Positions 1 to 9,283 of a DNA stretch of 45,427 nucleotides are shown here, in pieces (position 1 is the stretch's first letter; each line of letters starts with the position of its first letter). The notes beneath the pieces were generated by a model, which saw nothing but the letters and a program-made list of their open reading frames with translations, was not told where the DNA came from and did not search any database. Source of the DNA: an uncultured Mycoplasmatota bacterium (GTDB lineage: Bacteria > Bacillota_I > Bacilli_A > RF39 > UBA660); assembly GCA_948329525.1 (NCBI GenBank), contig CAOJBM010000003.1, positions 1-45,427 on the forward strand, in the 5' to 3' direction. Made by a program: the position numbers and the translations under genes.

Positions 1-3000
1 TAACTTGCTTATATGTTCTTATACCATCTAAATTATAACTATATGTTACTTTAGTGCTTCCATCTTTATATTCTCTTAATGATCTTCCATCTATCCAAGA
101 CAATGTTTTACTTCCTATTGTTATTGGATTTCCGATTTCATCATATGTGATTTCTTCATCATTGAATTTAGTTAATAAATCTTGCCAGTTACTATCTCCA
201 TATGTATATGTATCTTCTTTTGTTAAAGTTTCTGTATTATAAGTGTATTGTTTCTTAGATAAAATATTTCCATAGTTATCATATGTATATTTAGTTGTAA
301 TATTAGTTATTAAGTTATCATCTTGAATTAATTGGGATTGCTCATCATAGGTATATTTATTAACTATAGTATTTCCTTTATATACTTCTGTAATATTACC
401 TAACTTATCATAAGTATACTTATAAATTGTTCCATTATCATCTACTTCTCTTACTATATTTGATGTCTTATATCCATGTGATAGATACTTATACTTTGTT
501 TTATAGGAACCATTTATATTGTTTTCTTTTATTCTTCCTAGTTCATCATAAATATAATTAAAGTTTTTATTATTAACACTTATTTTTGTTATTACTGATT
601 CTGTATTATATTCATAATTATAAACATATTTAAGTTCATTATTATAACTCTCTTCTTTCATAGTTACATTATTATCTTTGTTGTAATCAAACTTTAAATT
701 ATACCATCTATAATTATAACTACTTAATCTATCAGCAAAATCATATTCATATAGATAATAACTATAAGGAATTTCTATTTTTGATAATCTTCCTAAGTTA
801 TCATAATATAAATTATATGTCCCATATTTTTTCTTAACTGTACTTAGCCTATCTAAATCATCATAACTATAAGATATTTCGTTATTATTACCATAAGTTA
901 CTTTTGACAAGTTACCATTATGTTCTAAATATGTATTAGTTACTAAAGTATTATCATTTATTTTTATATCTGATATTCTATTAAATTCATTATAGTTAAA
1001 TAAATAATTATCTGTTCCATAGATTATTTTAGATAAATTATTATTATCATACTCATAATTTACTTCTTGTTGCCCTTTTGTAATTTTCTTAACTCTTAGT
1101 TTTTCATCATAAGTATAGTTTGTAGATACATCATCTGGATTAGTTAAAATATTAATTAAACCATTAGTTGTATTAATATCATATGTTGTTTTATTATCTA
1201 CACTATCGGTAACTGATTTAATAAATCTACCATCTTGAGTATACTCAGCGCTTGATTCAATAACTTCTTTAAAATTTGCTTGTTCAAAAACAAATTGTTG
1301 ATTTACGTTATTTTCTTCATATGGTGATAAAACAATATTATTACTATCATTTATAGTTATAGCATTATTGCCATATTTAATTGTATAACTATTATTATCA
1401 TTTCTTTCTATAGCAAATAAATTATCATTATCACCATATTCTAAAGTAATATTATTATCTCTTGCTTTAAGATAATAATTATTTAATATAGTATTTTGAA
1501 TCTTAACATTATTTCCTGATAATAGTAAGTTAAATTTTTCTATAGAACAATCACAGTCTTTTACTTTAAGTGATTTATCATCATTTATATATAAATACTT
1601 ATTAGTACCTATTGCTCTTATAAAGTATGGAATATTATACTCTAATGCACTATTAGTTTTTCTATTACTTATGATTGTCTTAATAGGATTGTTTAAAGAG
1701 TCATAAACAATTCGATTATTTATTCCTGTAGGAGAAGTTGAATTAATTACTCTATCTATTATCTTTTTATCATATTCAAATGAGTAATTAGATCCCATTG
1801 GTGTCATAGCATCTAGTAATTGATTGTTTTTATTATACTTCATTGTTGATTTAGCTTTATTTAAGTCTATTGTTGAAATAAGATTACCATTTTCATCATA
1901 AGAGAAGGAATATGCTTCAATATCTTTAAATAAAGAGAAATTTGTTATCCAACAATCATTAGCATTACCAAAACTATTGATACGAAGTCCTATTTTATTA
2001 TAATTTGTTTGTGCAGAAAAGTTAGCTGAAAAGAATTGCCAATTATCATTTCCAACATTAAAGTATGTTATAGGGACACAAGTACCATCAATAAATTCAT
2101 CATCATAATAGAAAAATACAGTTGCCCAAATAATACCTTTCATCATACTCATTCCAATACCTGTAGCATCTATCCCATTATTCTTATACCAGAAAGATAA
2201 GTTATATGTATCTCCTTCTTTTCCACTAGTTTCAATTATTTTTTCTACAGATACATCGGCACTTGGAGCAGAATGGATTTTTAGAGCTTTTTTCTTAGAA
2301 GATATATTATCTACGGAATAACTTCCATTTTCGCCAGATACAGTTATATCCCAACTATTAGTACCATTTATAAAACTACTATTGTCTACTAAATTATAAT
2401 AATTTGCTACAGCACCATATTCAAGTTGTATATCATCAACAATAAATTCACTACCTGTAAAATTATCAAAAAATATTAATATAGAATTATTATCTATTGT
2501 ATTATTAACTGTTACTTGAAATCTTTGATAAGTATTAGTTAAAGTATAGGTATGATAACTTGTAATATAGTCTCCTGATGCCATTATTCTAAATTTCCCA
2601 TTTCCTTTAGCATAAAAACTAAAAGTTGCTTTGCGATTTACTTTTTCTAATTTATGTTTATAACTTATCTCACATTGTTCAAAAACATCAAATTTTATCG
2701 CATATTTTCCAGTTCTAGCATCTGTAGTAAAAGTTGTGTTTATTCCCCCTGAGTTAAATGGGTTTGTTCGATTTTCAAAAGAAGAATCACTTATTAAATT
2801 ATCAACATATTTAACTAATGCTTTATCTGTAGTCATTTTATTAACGTCATTTTGATTTTCCCCAAAAATGTAAGTTTTTCCATAAGCATTAGTTAAATCT
2901 TGAGTTTCATCTAAATTAGTTGTTCCTACAACATTACCATTATTATTAAACATGTATGTGTTAATAACTCCTAATCTATCCACAACTTTAGTATCACTAA

Positions 3001-5029
3001 CATTATACTTAAAAGTTAAATAATTACCAACAGTTCCTGTTGTTGATATTTCTTCTACTCTTGACACTTTACTTTCTTTATCACTAGTATAGTAATATTT
3101 AATTGCTATACCATTTGGATTTTTAATACTTTCTATCAAATTATTAGTTGTATAAGTTATTTCTTCAGTATTAGAAAGACTTGTAATACTAGTTATTAGG
3201 TTATTTGTTAAGTTTACTTCTGTAGTTTTATATGGACTTGTAAAAGTTATTTTACTAGTGTCATAAGTAATAGTTATTTCTTTATTTGAAGCATCTATTA
3301 CTTTAGATATTCTATTACTTGAATCATATTCTACTTTTATAGCACTTCCATTAGTTTCTTTTACTTCTATTAAATAATATGAGTTATTACGAGCTACAAA
3401 TTTAGAAGTATTACCATCTTTATCTGTTAGAATATAATTACTATCTACAAGGCACAATTTAAGTCCTAGACCATCTTCATCTTTATATACTTTTTCTTCT
3501 TCATCATAATAGAAATAATGCACTGTCCCTGTATCATTAGTGTATGACAAAGGAAAGTTTTCTAAGCCTGTATTGTTTATAAATTGCATTAAATTAGGTT
3601 TAATACCTAGTCCACATCCATAATCATGATCTAACGAAATATCATAAGTATTATAAACTAAACTAAGACTTGCTGGGAATATCCCTCCAACTGTATTAGC
3701 TACATCAAATATTGTTGTTAAATTACCAGTATAATTGGCTATACTTGATGTTCCAAAAAAGTGTTGTTGGGTTGAATAAGAAAAATAATCTGTTACTCCA
3801 TTATAATTTTTATATGTAATTACAAGTGCAGGTTTAGCATCATTATTAGAATATTTATTCGATGCAAATTGGATAGGAGGAAAATTAGTTATTTCTCTTT
3901 CTATCTCTTGCTTTAACATAATTCCATAATTATTACTAGGATTATTATACCAATCTTTTAAAGCACTCGTAATATTTGCAGTATTTTCTTCTATATAGTT
4001 ATCTCCAATATGTCTAGCTGCTTCAAAATAATCTACTAAATCACTATTATATTTATCATTCATATTATTCCATTTAGCAGTTGCTTCTGTCCAATCAGTA
4101 TTAATGCGATGAACTGATATTTTTGGTATATCCTCATTAGAACCACTTGTTACTGGAAATGCAAATAAATTTAAAGTAGCATTAACAAGTTTATAACTAG
4201 CAGGTATTATGGGTAAGTTAAATTTTAATAAACTTCGATAAATTGTACTACCACTAACTCCAACATTTAAATAATTTAAATTATAAGTAGTAGTATTTTC
4301 ATCGCCATTAAAGATGAATGTATTTATTAAGTTTTTAACGTTATCTTCAACATTGATAGTTGGGTCGATAATTACTGGAAATTTTCTTGCTTTCGCATTA
4401 GCCCATTTTTTGTCAAAAGTAATTGTTAATTCATAATGCTTAGTTAATTTTTTTAAAGAATATTTAACATTTTCACTTATTTCATTATTAGCATCAAACA
4501 TATAAGGTTTGGTAATTTTATATACTTCTTTTTTATTTTCAATAATACTTATTGTATTATCTTTATTTAATTTTAATTTTAATTCCGTATTAATAATAAA
4601 GGTTATATTATCAATATTTACTTTTTTGTTAATTATTATAGATTCTTTTAATTTATTGGGATGAATTTCATAATCTAAATCAATATTAGAAAGTACTTTT
4701 TGAAAATTAATATTTTCAATATTCTTTGCTTTCTTTACTCTACTTATTTTATAATCTGTCATCAAAGGATTAGAATCCTTTAATGACATCTTTAATTTAT
4801 TAGATATATTTATACAATTGTCTATTGTATTAAATTCTACTAGAAAGTTATTAGCTTTATTTTTATAACCTTTTTTTGTTTTAATTAATGAATTATCTAT
4901 TTCTTTATATTCATTATTTTCTAGATAATGTATATTTTCTTTATATACTTGAACTTTAATAGTTTTATCTTCTTGTAAGAAATGTTTACTATTTAAAGTT
5001 CTAAATTCTTTTAGTTCTATTCCTTCCAT
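1..5029 (-). CDS. Rhs/YD-repeat polymorphic-toxin-type protein, first 1676 codons; the 3' end runs off the left edge
   Basis: Absent from the ORF track because no stop codon lies in the window. ATG at 5029-5027 with GAGGT 6 nt upstream. The frame reads open down to position 2, and no stop-delimited fragment is listed on the track. Translation starts MEGIELKEFRTLNSKHF. It contains FPVIIDPTINVED...SLLKFNLPIIP...ISVHRINTDWTEATAKWNN (DNRLRE-type domain, about 3900-4380), two beta-sandwich CBM-like segments (about 1930-2790) and a ricin-B-like segment ending QQFVFEQ (about 1270-1640). There are many YD repeats: YTYDKLGNITE, YTYDNYGNILS, ITYDEIGNPITIG, YSYNLDGIRTYKQV. Confidence 0.9.
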   Translation of the reverse strand, partial: MEGIELKEFRTLNSKHFLQEDKTIKVQVYKENIHYLENNEYKEIDNSLIKTKKGYKNKANNFLVEFNTIDNCINISNKLKMSLKDSNPLMTDYKISRVKKAKNIENINFQKVLSNIDLDYEIHPNKLKESIIINKKVNIDNITFIINTELKLKLNKDNTISIIENKKEVYKITKPYMFDANNEISENVKYSLKKLTKHYELTITFDKKWANAKARKFPVIIDPTINVEDNVKNLINTFIFNGDENTTTYNLNYLNVGVSGSTIYRSLLKFNLPIIPASYKLVNATLNLFAFPVTSGSNEDIPKISVHRINTDWTEATAKWNNMNDKYNSDLVDYFEAARHIGDNYIEENTANITSALKDWYNNPSNNYGIMLKQEIEREITNFPPIQFASNKYSNNDAKPALVITYKNYNGVTDYFSYSTQQHFFGTSSIANYTGNLTTIFDVANTVGGIFPASLSLVYNTYDISLDHDYGCGLGIKPNLMQFINNTGLENFPLSYTNDTGTVHYFYYDEEEKVYKDEDGLGLKLCLVDSNYILTDKDGNTSKFVARNNSYYLIEVKETNGSAIKVEYDSSNRISKVIDASNKEITITYDTSKITFTSPYKTTEVNLTNNLITSITSLSNTEEITYTTNNLIESIKNPNGIAIKYYYTSDKESKVSRVEEISTTGTVGNYLTFKYNVSDTKVVDRLGVINTYMFNNNGNVVGTTNLDETQDLTNAYGKTYIFGENQNDVNKMTTDKALVKYVDNLISDSSFENRTNPFNSGGINTTFTTDARTGKYAIKFDVFEQCEISYKHKLEKVNRKATFSFYAKGNGKFRIMASGDYITSYHTYTLTNTYQRFQVTVNNTIDNNSILIFFDNFTGSEFIVDDIQLEYGAVANYYNLVDNSSFINGTNSWDITVSGENGSYSVDNISSKKKALKIHSAPSADVSVEKIIETSGKEGDTYNLSFWYKNNGIDATGIGMSMMKGIIWATVFFYYDDEFIDGTCVPITYFNVGNDNWQFFSANFSAQTNYNKIGLRINSFGNANDCWITNFSLFKDIEAYSFSYDENGNLISTIDLNKAKSTMKYNKNNQLLDAMTPMGSNYSFEYDKKIIDRVINSTSPTGINNRIVYDSLNNPIKTIISNRKTNSALEYNIPYFIRAIGTNKYLYINDDKSLKVKDCDCSIEKFNLLLSGNNVKIQNTILNNYYLKARDNNITLEYGDNDNLFAIERNDNNSYTIKYGNNAITINDSNNIVLSPYEENNVNQQFVFEQANFKEVIESSAEYTQDGRFIKSVTDSVDNKTTYDINTTNGLINILTNPDDVSTNYTYDEKLRVKKITKGQQEVNYEYDNNNLSKIIYGTDNYLFNYNEFNRISDIKINDNTLVTNTYLEHNGNLSKVTYGNNNEISYSYDDLDRLSTVKKKYGTYNLYYDNLGRLSKIEIPYSYYLYEYDFADRLSSYNYRWYNLKFDYNKDNNVTMKEESYNNELKYVYNYEYNTESVITKISVNNKNFNYIYDELGRIKENNINGSYKTKYKYLSHGYKTSNIVREVDDNGTIYKYTYDKLGNITEVYKGNTIVNKYTYDEQSQLIQDDNLITNITTKYTYDNYGNILSKKQYTYNTETLTKEDTYTYGDSNWQDLLTKFNDEEITYDEIGNPITIGSKTLSWIDGRSLREYKDGSTKVTYSYNLDGIRTYKQV

Positions 5030-5044
5030 GATACTACCTCATTT

Positions 5045-5767
5045 TTAACTGATTCTTTGCCAAATATAAACTGCAAAATATGGAGGTAAGACAGATGTTA
5101 CACCTGAAGTTAGCTGTCCACATTCTCCAGTATTAACATTAGAGGTCATTCCATAAGTTGTTCCTCCTAGAGCTGTTCCATATGATTCCCAATTATTTCT
5201 TGCTGTTTGACCACCTGAAACTGCTTTTGAATTATTAGAGAGAAAACTAGCACTAATTTCTCTTGTTATAAATGAAGCATTGCCATAAAATAAATCTGCC
5301 CAAGCCGAATCACCTAAAGAATGGGTATGGTTTCCTTCTGGATGAACATGCGATGGAACAGTATGACTATGAGTTGTCGTACCACCACTAGTATTAACTG
5401 GATAAGATGAACTTGCTCCGATTAAAAATTTATCTGTTATTTGTATCCAACTACCACCAAATAAAGTTTCTGGATTTACATTACTTACACTTAAATAGAT
5501 TGCACCAACTGGATATATTTGATTGAAATCTATATTTCCTCCAGGATTAGATGAACCATTATTAGTAGTAATAGTATTACAACTAATATTTCCATTATCA
5601 TCAATACTAAATTTATTGTTTTTTGAAGTTATACAATTTACATTTATATTATTTGCTTCAATATCTAGTCCTTCACTAGTTTCTGTAAAATATTTATCAT
5701 AATTTGAACTATTATTAGTTCCTTCTTGTACTACACTTGGAAGTTCTTTTTCATCAATATTTGCCAT
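5045..5767 (-). CDS. phage tail-fibre-tip / tail-collar-like protein (240 aa), probably co-transcribed with the Rhs gene
   Basis: ORF track. AAGGAG lies 8 nt before the ATG. The stop is 15 nt upstream of the Rhs ATG. The motif IYPVGAIYLSVSNVNPETLFGGSWIQITDKFL and the C-terminal PPYFAVYIWQR resemble, from memory, Firmicute phage baseplate/fibre proteins. Three HxH motifs are present (HSHTVPSHVHPEGNHTH). No signal peptide. Confidence 0.6.
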   Translation of the reverse strand: MANIDEKELPSVVQEGTNNSSNYDKYFTETSEGLDIEANNINVNCITSKNNKFSIDDNGNISCNTITTNNGSSNPGGNIDFNQIYPVGAIYLSVSNVNPETLFGGSWIQITDKFLIGASSSYPVNTSGGTTTHSHTVPSHVHPEGNHTHSLGDSAWADLFYGNASFITREISASFLSNNSKAVSGGQTARNNWESYGTALGGTTYGMTSNVNTGECGQLTSGVTSVLPPYFAVYIWQRIS

Positions 5768-5963
5768 TTTTTTTACTCCTTACTTCTTTTTTATTTTTTT
5801 ATTTAATAAAATTTACATAGTTACTACTTTTTTACATCACTTGTCCTTTCTTGAAAAAACTATATAACATTTTTAAAAAAATGTTTATAACTTTTTCGGT
5901 TAGGGCATTTTTTATTTTAAATAGGGACTTTAAATGTTATAACTCAACTTTTCGGTCACATGA

Positions 5964-5989
5964 AAAAGATAATCATTAATGATTATCTT
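5964..5989. repeat. perfect 26-bp AT-rich palindrome AAAGATAATCATTAATGATTATCTTT in the Rhs-operon upstream region
   Basis: Read directly; the 13-nt arms are exact reverse complements. It contains GATAAT/ATTATC hexamers reminiscent of Fur-type operators but with even symmetry. Confidence 0.6.
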
Positions 5990-6153
5990 TCAGTTATTAA
6001 CAATTAGTATTCTTATTATATTAGAATATCTTCATAATTTCTATTGCTATTAAAATATACAACCTTCTTATTAATAAAGTTTTTTTACATTATAATTAAT
6101 ATTCTCATAATCATCAGTTATAGGAATGTAACTTAATTAACTTTTAAAACTAT

Positions 6154-6178
6154 TTAAAAACAGGTGTTTTAACCTGTT
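6154..6178 (-). terminator. intrinsic terminator after the secreted-protein gene
   Basis: Minus strand reads AACAGGT-taaaac-ACCTGTT followed by TTTTTAAA, immediately after the stop at 6186. Confidence 0.7.
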
Positions 6179-6185
6179 AATAATA

Positions 6186-6962
6186 TTACCAATTACATTT
6201 TATACTAGTAGATACAGATGGTGTAGTATCAAAATATGAACTTGTACCTTGATGAGTAAGTCCTGATATACCTATAGTATACTTATTAGCATCAGTAGAT
6301 GATATTTTTTTAATAGCATGAGCATAATCTGCCACAGCTAGTTGTTCTATTATAGTAGCATCTGATACATTTTTAGCTATATCTAAAGTAAGAGTATTTT
6401 TTATTGAACTTACATTAGAAGCTGAAGGTAATTGAAATACTGCTCCTGCTCCTGTAGATGTGTTTTTTCTAACAAAATCTTTAAGAGTAGAGCAAACACC
6501 TGTAGTTAAACAATAATCAGTTTGATAATTAACATTTACTGCTTTAACTGATTGATAAAATCCTATAGTAATAATATCACTGCTTCTTACAGAAGGAATG
6601 TTTTTCCAATTTAATACTGCTCTATATCTATAAGCAGAACCATTTTCTAATATGCTAACTGTCAATTTTTTATAATTTGTTTCAACAATATTACTAGAAC
6701 CATATGGTTGTATTTCATCTTTATTTTCTACACTATTATATTCTTCTTTAGTTATTTCTGTTGTATAAGAAAGAATAATTTTGTTGTCATTAATTTCATT
6801 GTTAAAAGTACTAACATTCGATATAACATTTGTAGTCTTAAAATATTTCTCATTTGATGAGATTAACTTATATTCTTCTTCATTTAAAGATTCATTATTA
6901 GATGCGTTAGCAATAAATGGACATATTAAGAATAATATCAAAACTAACATTTTTCTTTTCAT
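6186..6962 (-). CDS. secreted hypothetical protein (258 aa)
   Basis: ORF track. N-terminal Sec-type signal MKRKMLVLILFLICPFIANA. AAAGGAGG RBS and a TGATATAAT extended -10 lie upstream. No domain recognised. Confidence 0.7.
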   Translation of the reverse strand: MKRKMLVLILFLICPFIANASNNESLNEEEYKLISSNEKYFKTTNVISNVSTFNNEINDNKIILSYTTEITKEEYNSVENKDEIQPYGSSNIVETNYKKLTVSILENGSAYRYRAVLNWKNIPSVRSSDIITIGFYQSVKAVNVNYQTDYCLTTGVCSTLKDFVRKNTSTGAGAVFQLPSASNVSSIKNTLTLDIAKNVSDATIIEQLAVADYAHAIKKISSTDANKYTIGISGLTHQGTSSYFDTTPSVSTSIKCNW

Positions 6963-7017
6963 AAATTTTTTCCTCCTTTCTCGAAAAAAATTATATCAAA
7001 AAAACAAATATTTTTTT

Positions 7018-7054
7018 CTAACCAAAAAAGTTAGTTACTAACTTTTTTGGTTAG
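7018..7054. repeat. 18-bp-arm perfect inverted repeat CTAACCAAAAAAGTTAGT / ACTAACTTTTTTGGTTAG overlapping the XRE gene stop
   Basis: Read directly. TTAGTTACTAAC also occurs as a direct repeat at 7031-7042 and 7051-7062. No U-tract follows on the minus strand, so it is not a textbook terminator. Confidence 0.6.
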
Positions 7055-7878
7055 TTACTAACAAATTTATTGTTACTAAACACTTTTTCAAAATTCAAAT
7101 TAATTTTTATTGTTTGATATTCATTATTACTATCTACGTAAATTATCTCTATAATAAAATTGTCTAAATCAGCCTCACAAATTTTATAATCATCTTTAGA
7201 CTGAGATGATATATCAATTTTTATTTTATCTAAATAGCCATTTAATCTTGAAGTTTCACTAATAGTAAAATGAGATAAATCGCCTGTCGAAAAAATAATT
7301 GTTTTATCTATTAATAATTTAAATTCCATTGCTTTTACTTTAATTTCTTTATCAGTTCCTGTATATATGTCATTATAACTTAAATCATTTATCGTAATTA
7401 TACTATTATCAGGATTAAATATAATTCTTCCATTTAAGTCAAATCTTTCATCTGTACTAAAAATATTATAAATTTTTATTTGGTTATAATATGTAATATA
7501 ATATAATGATAATAATATTCCTATAATACTTATAAAAATAATTGAAATAGTAAGTAAAATTTTTTTAAATTTATTTTTAGCTTTCTTCTCATAATATTTA
7601 ATTCCATTAAATATTACTTGACTTTTTTCTTTAATAATTTCAGAAGAATTACTATCATTATTTTTCTTAGTTTTTTCTCCGAGTAATAATTCATCTGTTG
7701 TAATACCTAAAACTTTGCATAAATCTATCATTATCGAAACATTTGGCATATTAACACCTCGTTCCCATTTAGAAACAGTTTGAGAAGAGACGTTAATCAT
7801 TTTTCCTAATTGTTCTTGCGTTAACTTTTTTTCATTTCTTAATTCTGCAATAAACCTTCCTATTTTTACTAAATCCAT
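7051..7878 (-). CDS. membrane-anchored XRE-family HTH regulator (275 aa)
   Basis: N-terminal Cro/C1 HTH (LTQEQLGKMINVSSQTVSKWERG), then one TM segment (ILLTISIIFISIIGILLSLYYITYY) and a roughly 150-aa extracytoplasmic part. AAAGGAG RBS. Confidence 0.85.
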   Translation of the reverse strand: MDLVKIGRFIAELRNEKKLTQEQLGKMINVSSQTVSKWERGVNMPNVSIMIDLCKVLGITTDELLLGEKTKKNNDSNSSEIIKEKSQVIFNGIKYYEKKAKNKFKKILLTISIIFISIIGILLSLYYITYYNQIKIYNIFSTDERFDLNGRIIFNPDNSIITINDLSYNDIYTGTDKEIKVKAMEFKLLIDKTIIFSTGDLSHFTISETSRLNGYLDKIKIDISSQSKDDYKICEADLDNFIIEIIYVDSNNEYQTIKINLNFEKVFSNNKFVSN

Positions 7879-7968
7879 ACTACATACTCCTTTAGCATAA
7901 ATATAATAACATATTTTTTATTTAACCAAACTTTTTCTTTAAAGCATAATGACAATTAATAGTAAAGA

Positions 7969-9222
7969 TTAATTTCCAAACATTTGAGCATAGTAAGTTT
8001 TAGTACCTAATTTATAATAACCGACACCTAATTTTGTAAAATTAGTACTAATCATATTAGCATAGTGACCTGGAGAATTTCTCCATCCCTCTGTAACTTT
8101 TTGTGGTTTATAATAAGAATAATTATATCCATAAGCAATATTTTCCCCTAAAGCATAATAACTATTAATTCCAAGCTCTTTTAAAACAGTAAAACAATCA
8201 CTACCATTTGGTCTCGTATGAGAAAATTTATCAGCATAAGCCATTTCAATTGCTCTAATAGTAGCTGCTAAACTAAGGTTATTGTCTAAAGAAAGTGGTG
8301 GAGCTCCAACTTCCATACGGTAATTATTAGTATACATTAATACTTCATTATAAATATTTGCATTAGTACCTAATAAAGAAGAAGCTTCTCCTTTCATACT
8401 ATTCGTATCGCCATTAAAATCCTTATAATCATATTCGTATTTACTGCGGCCATTAGAATAAGTCGTTTTAGTTACTTTTGTTCCATATACAAAACTTTCT
8501 TCAACTTTTGGGGGTTCTTCTTGTGAGGTTTCTGTAGTTTCTTTTTGTGCTTCAGTATTCGGCTTTTGATTAGTTTGATTATTTTTATTGGAATCAGTCT
8601 TATTATTTGTATTTTTATTAGTACTTGTATTCTTTTTAGGTTCCTCTTTCTTTTGAATAATTAGTTTCGTACTTTGTTCTTCACTATTTCCACTATTATC
8701 TTTTGCTACAATTACAATGTCATAGGTTCCTTCTTTAACTTGAATAGTCATTTCTTCTTCTTTAAAAGATAAAACACATTCCTCTTTGCTATTATCAATA
8801 CAACTTTCGACAAAGTCTTTTACTTCGTAAGTTTCAGTTTCATTTATAGTAACTTCTTTAAGTTTCAACTCAGGTTTAACTTCATCTTTTATTTCTAAAG
8901 TACATACTTCTTCTCCATCAATTAATACTTTATATGTACCTATTTTTAATTCTGTTAATTCTACTTCTTCATCATTATCATTTTTATATGTTAATTCACC
9001 TGTTATTTTTCCTGTAATTATATAATCTTCAATACTTGGCAAGCCATCTTCTAAACTGATAGTTAGTTTATCTTTATACTCTATTTTTGAACTATTTTGT
9101 TCTTCTTTATTATCATCTATTTTTTTATTATTTCTAGTAACTCCAAAAGCAAGACCTACTCCTAAAAAAATTACTACTATAGAAATAGCAATTAAACCAA
9201 TAATTTTTTTCTTTTCACTCAT
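7969..9222 (-). CDS. membrane-anchored CAP/SCP (YkwD-like) domain protein with an Ig-like middle region
   Basis: TM anchor IIGLIAISIVVIFLGVGLAFGV. C-terminal CAP motifs (GENIAYGY...WRNSPGHYANM). The track start at 9231 is a GTG inside the AGGTGAG RBS, so the start was moved to the ATG at 9222. Confidence 0.8.
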   Translation of the reverse strand: MSEKKKIIGLIAISIVVIFLGVGLAFGVTRNNKKIDDNKEEQNSSKIEYKDKLTISLEDGLPSIEDYIITGKITGELTYKNDNDEEVELTELKIGTYKVLIDGEEVCTLEIKDEVKPELKLKEVTINETETYEVKDFVESCIDNSKEECVLSFKEEEMTIQVKEGTYDIVIVAKDNSGNSEEQSTKLIIQKKEEPKKNTSTNKNTNNKTDSNKNNQTNQKPNTEAQKETTETSQEEPPKVEESFVYGTKVTKTTYSNGRSKYEYDYKDFNGDTNSMKGEASSLLGTNANIYNEVLMYTNNYRMEVGAPPLSLDNNLSLAATIRAIEMAYADKFSHTRPNGSDCFTVLKELGINSYYALGENIAYGYNYSYYKPQKVTEGWRNSPGHYANMISTNFTKLGVGYYKLGTKTYYAQMFGN

Positions 9223-9283
9223 AATTCTCACCTTTTACCTTTACTAAATTATATTACAAAGAAATAAAGAGAACAACATTTTA

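Noticed and set aside
54-242. 62-aa plus-strand ORF on the track.
   Set aside because: It lies antisense inside the Rhs coding frame, has no RBS, and has the Ser/Leu/Ile/Val-rich composition typical of the antisense of Asn/Lys/Asp-rich genes.
1-5040. The absence of any track ORF over 5 kb suggested an alternative genetic code (TGA = Trp, as in Mycoplasma/Spiroplasma) or non-coding DNA.
   Set aside because: The minus-strand frame is open under the standard code. The ORF was missed only because its stop lies outside the window. Long housekeeping genes (mfd, gyrA, gyrB, metG) are intact with TGA as stop, and rnpA ends on TGA.
5045-5767. A prophage remnant as the explanation for the fibre-tip-like gene.
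   Set aside because: No other phage-type genes, integrase or att-like repeats occur in the surrounding 9 kb. The gene is packed against the Rhs gene. The idea cannot be fully excluded, because sequence left of the window is unseen.
5964-5989. A Fur box.
   Set aside because: It contains GATAAT/ATTATC hexamers, but the palindrome has even 13+13 symmetry rather than the 7-1-7 or 19-bp Fur architecture. In each 7-1-7 register only one half-site matches well. It is kept only as an unassigned palindrome.
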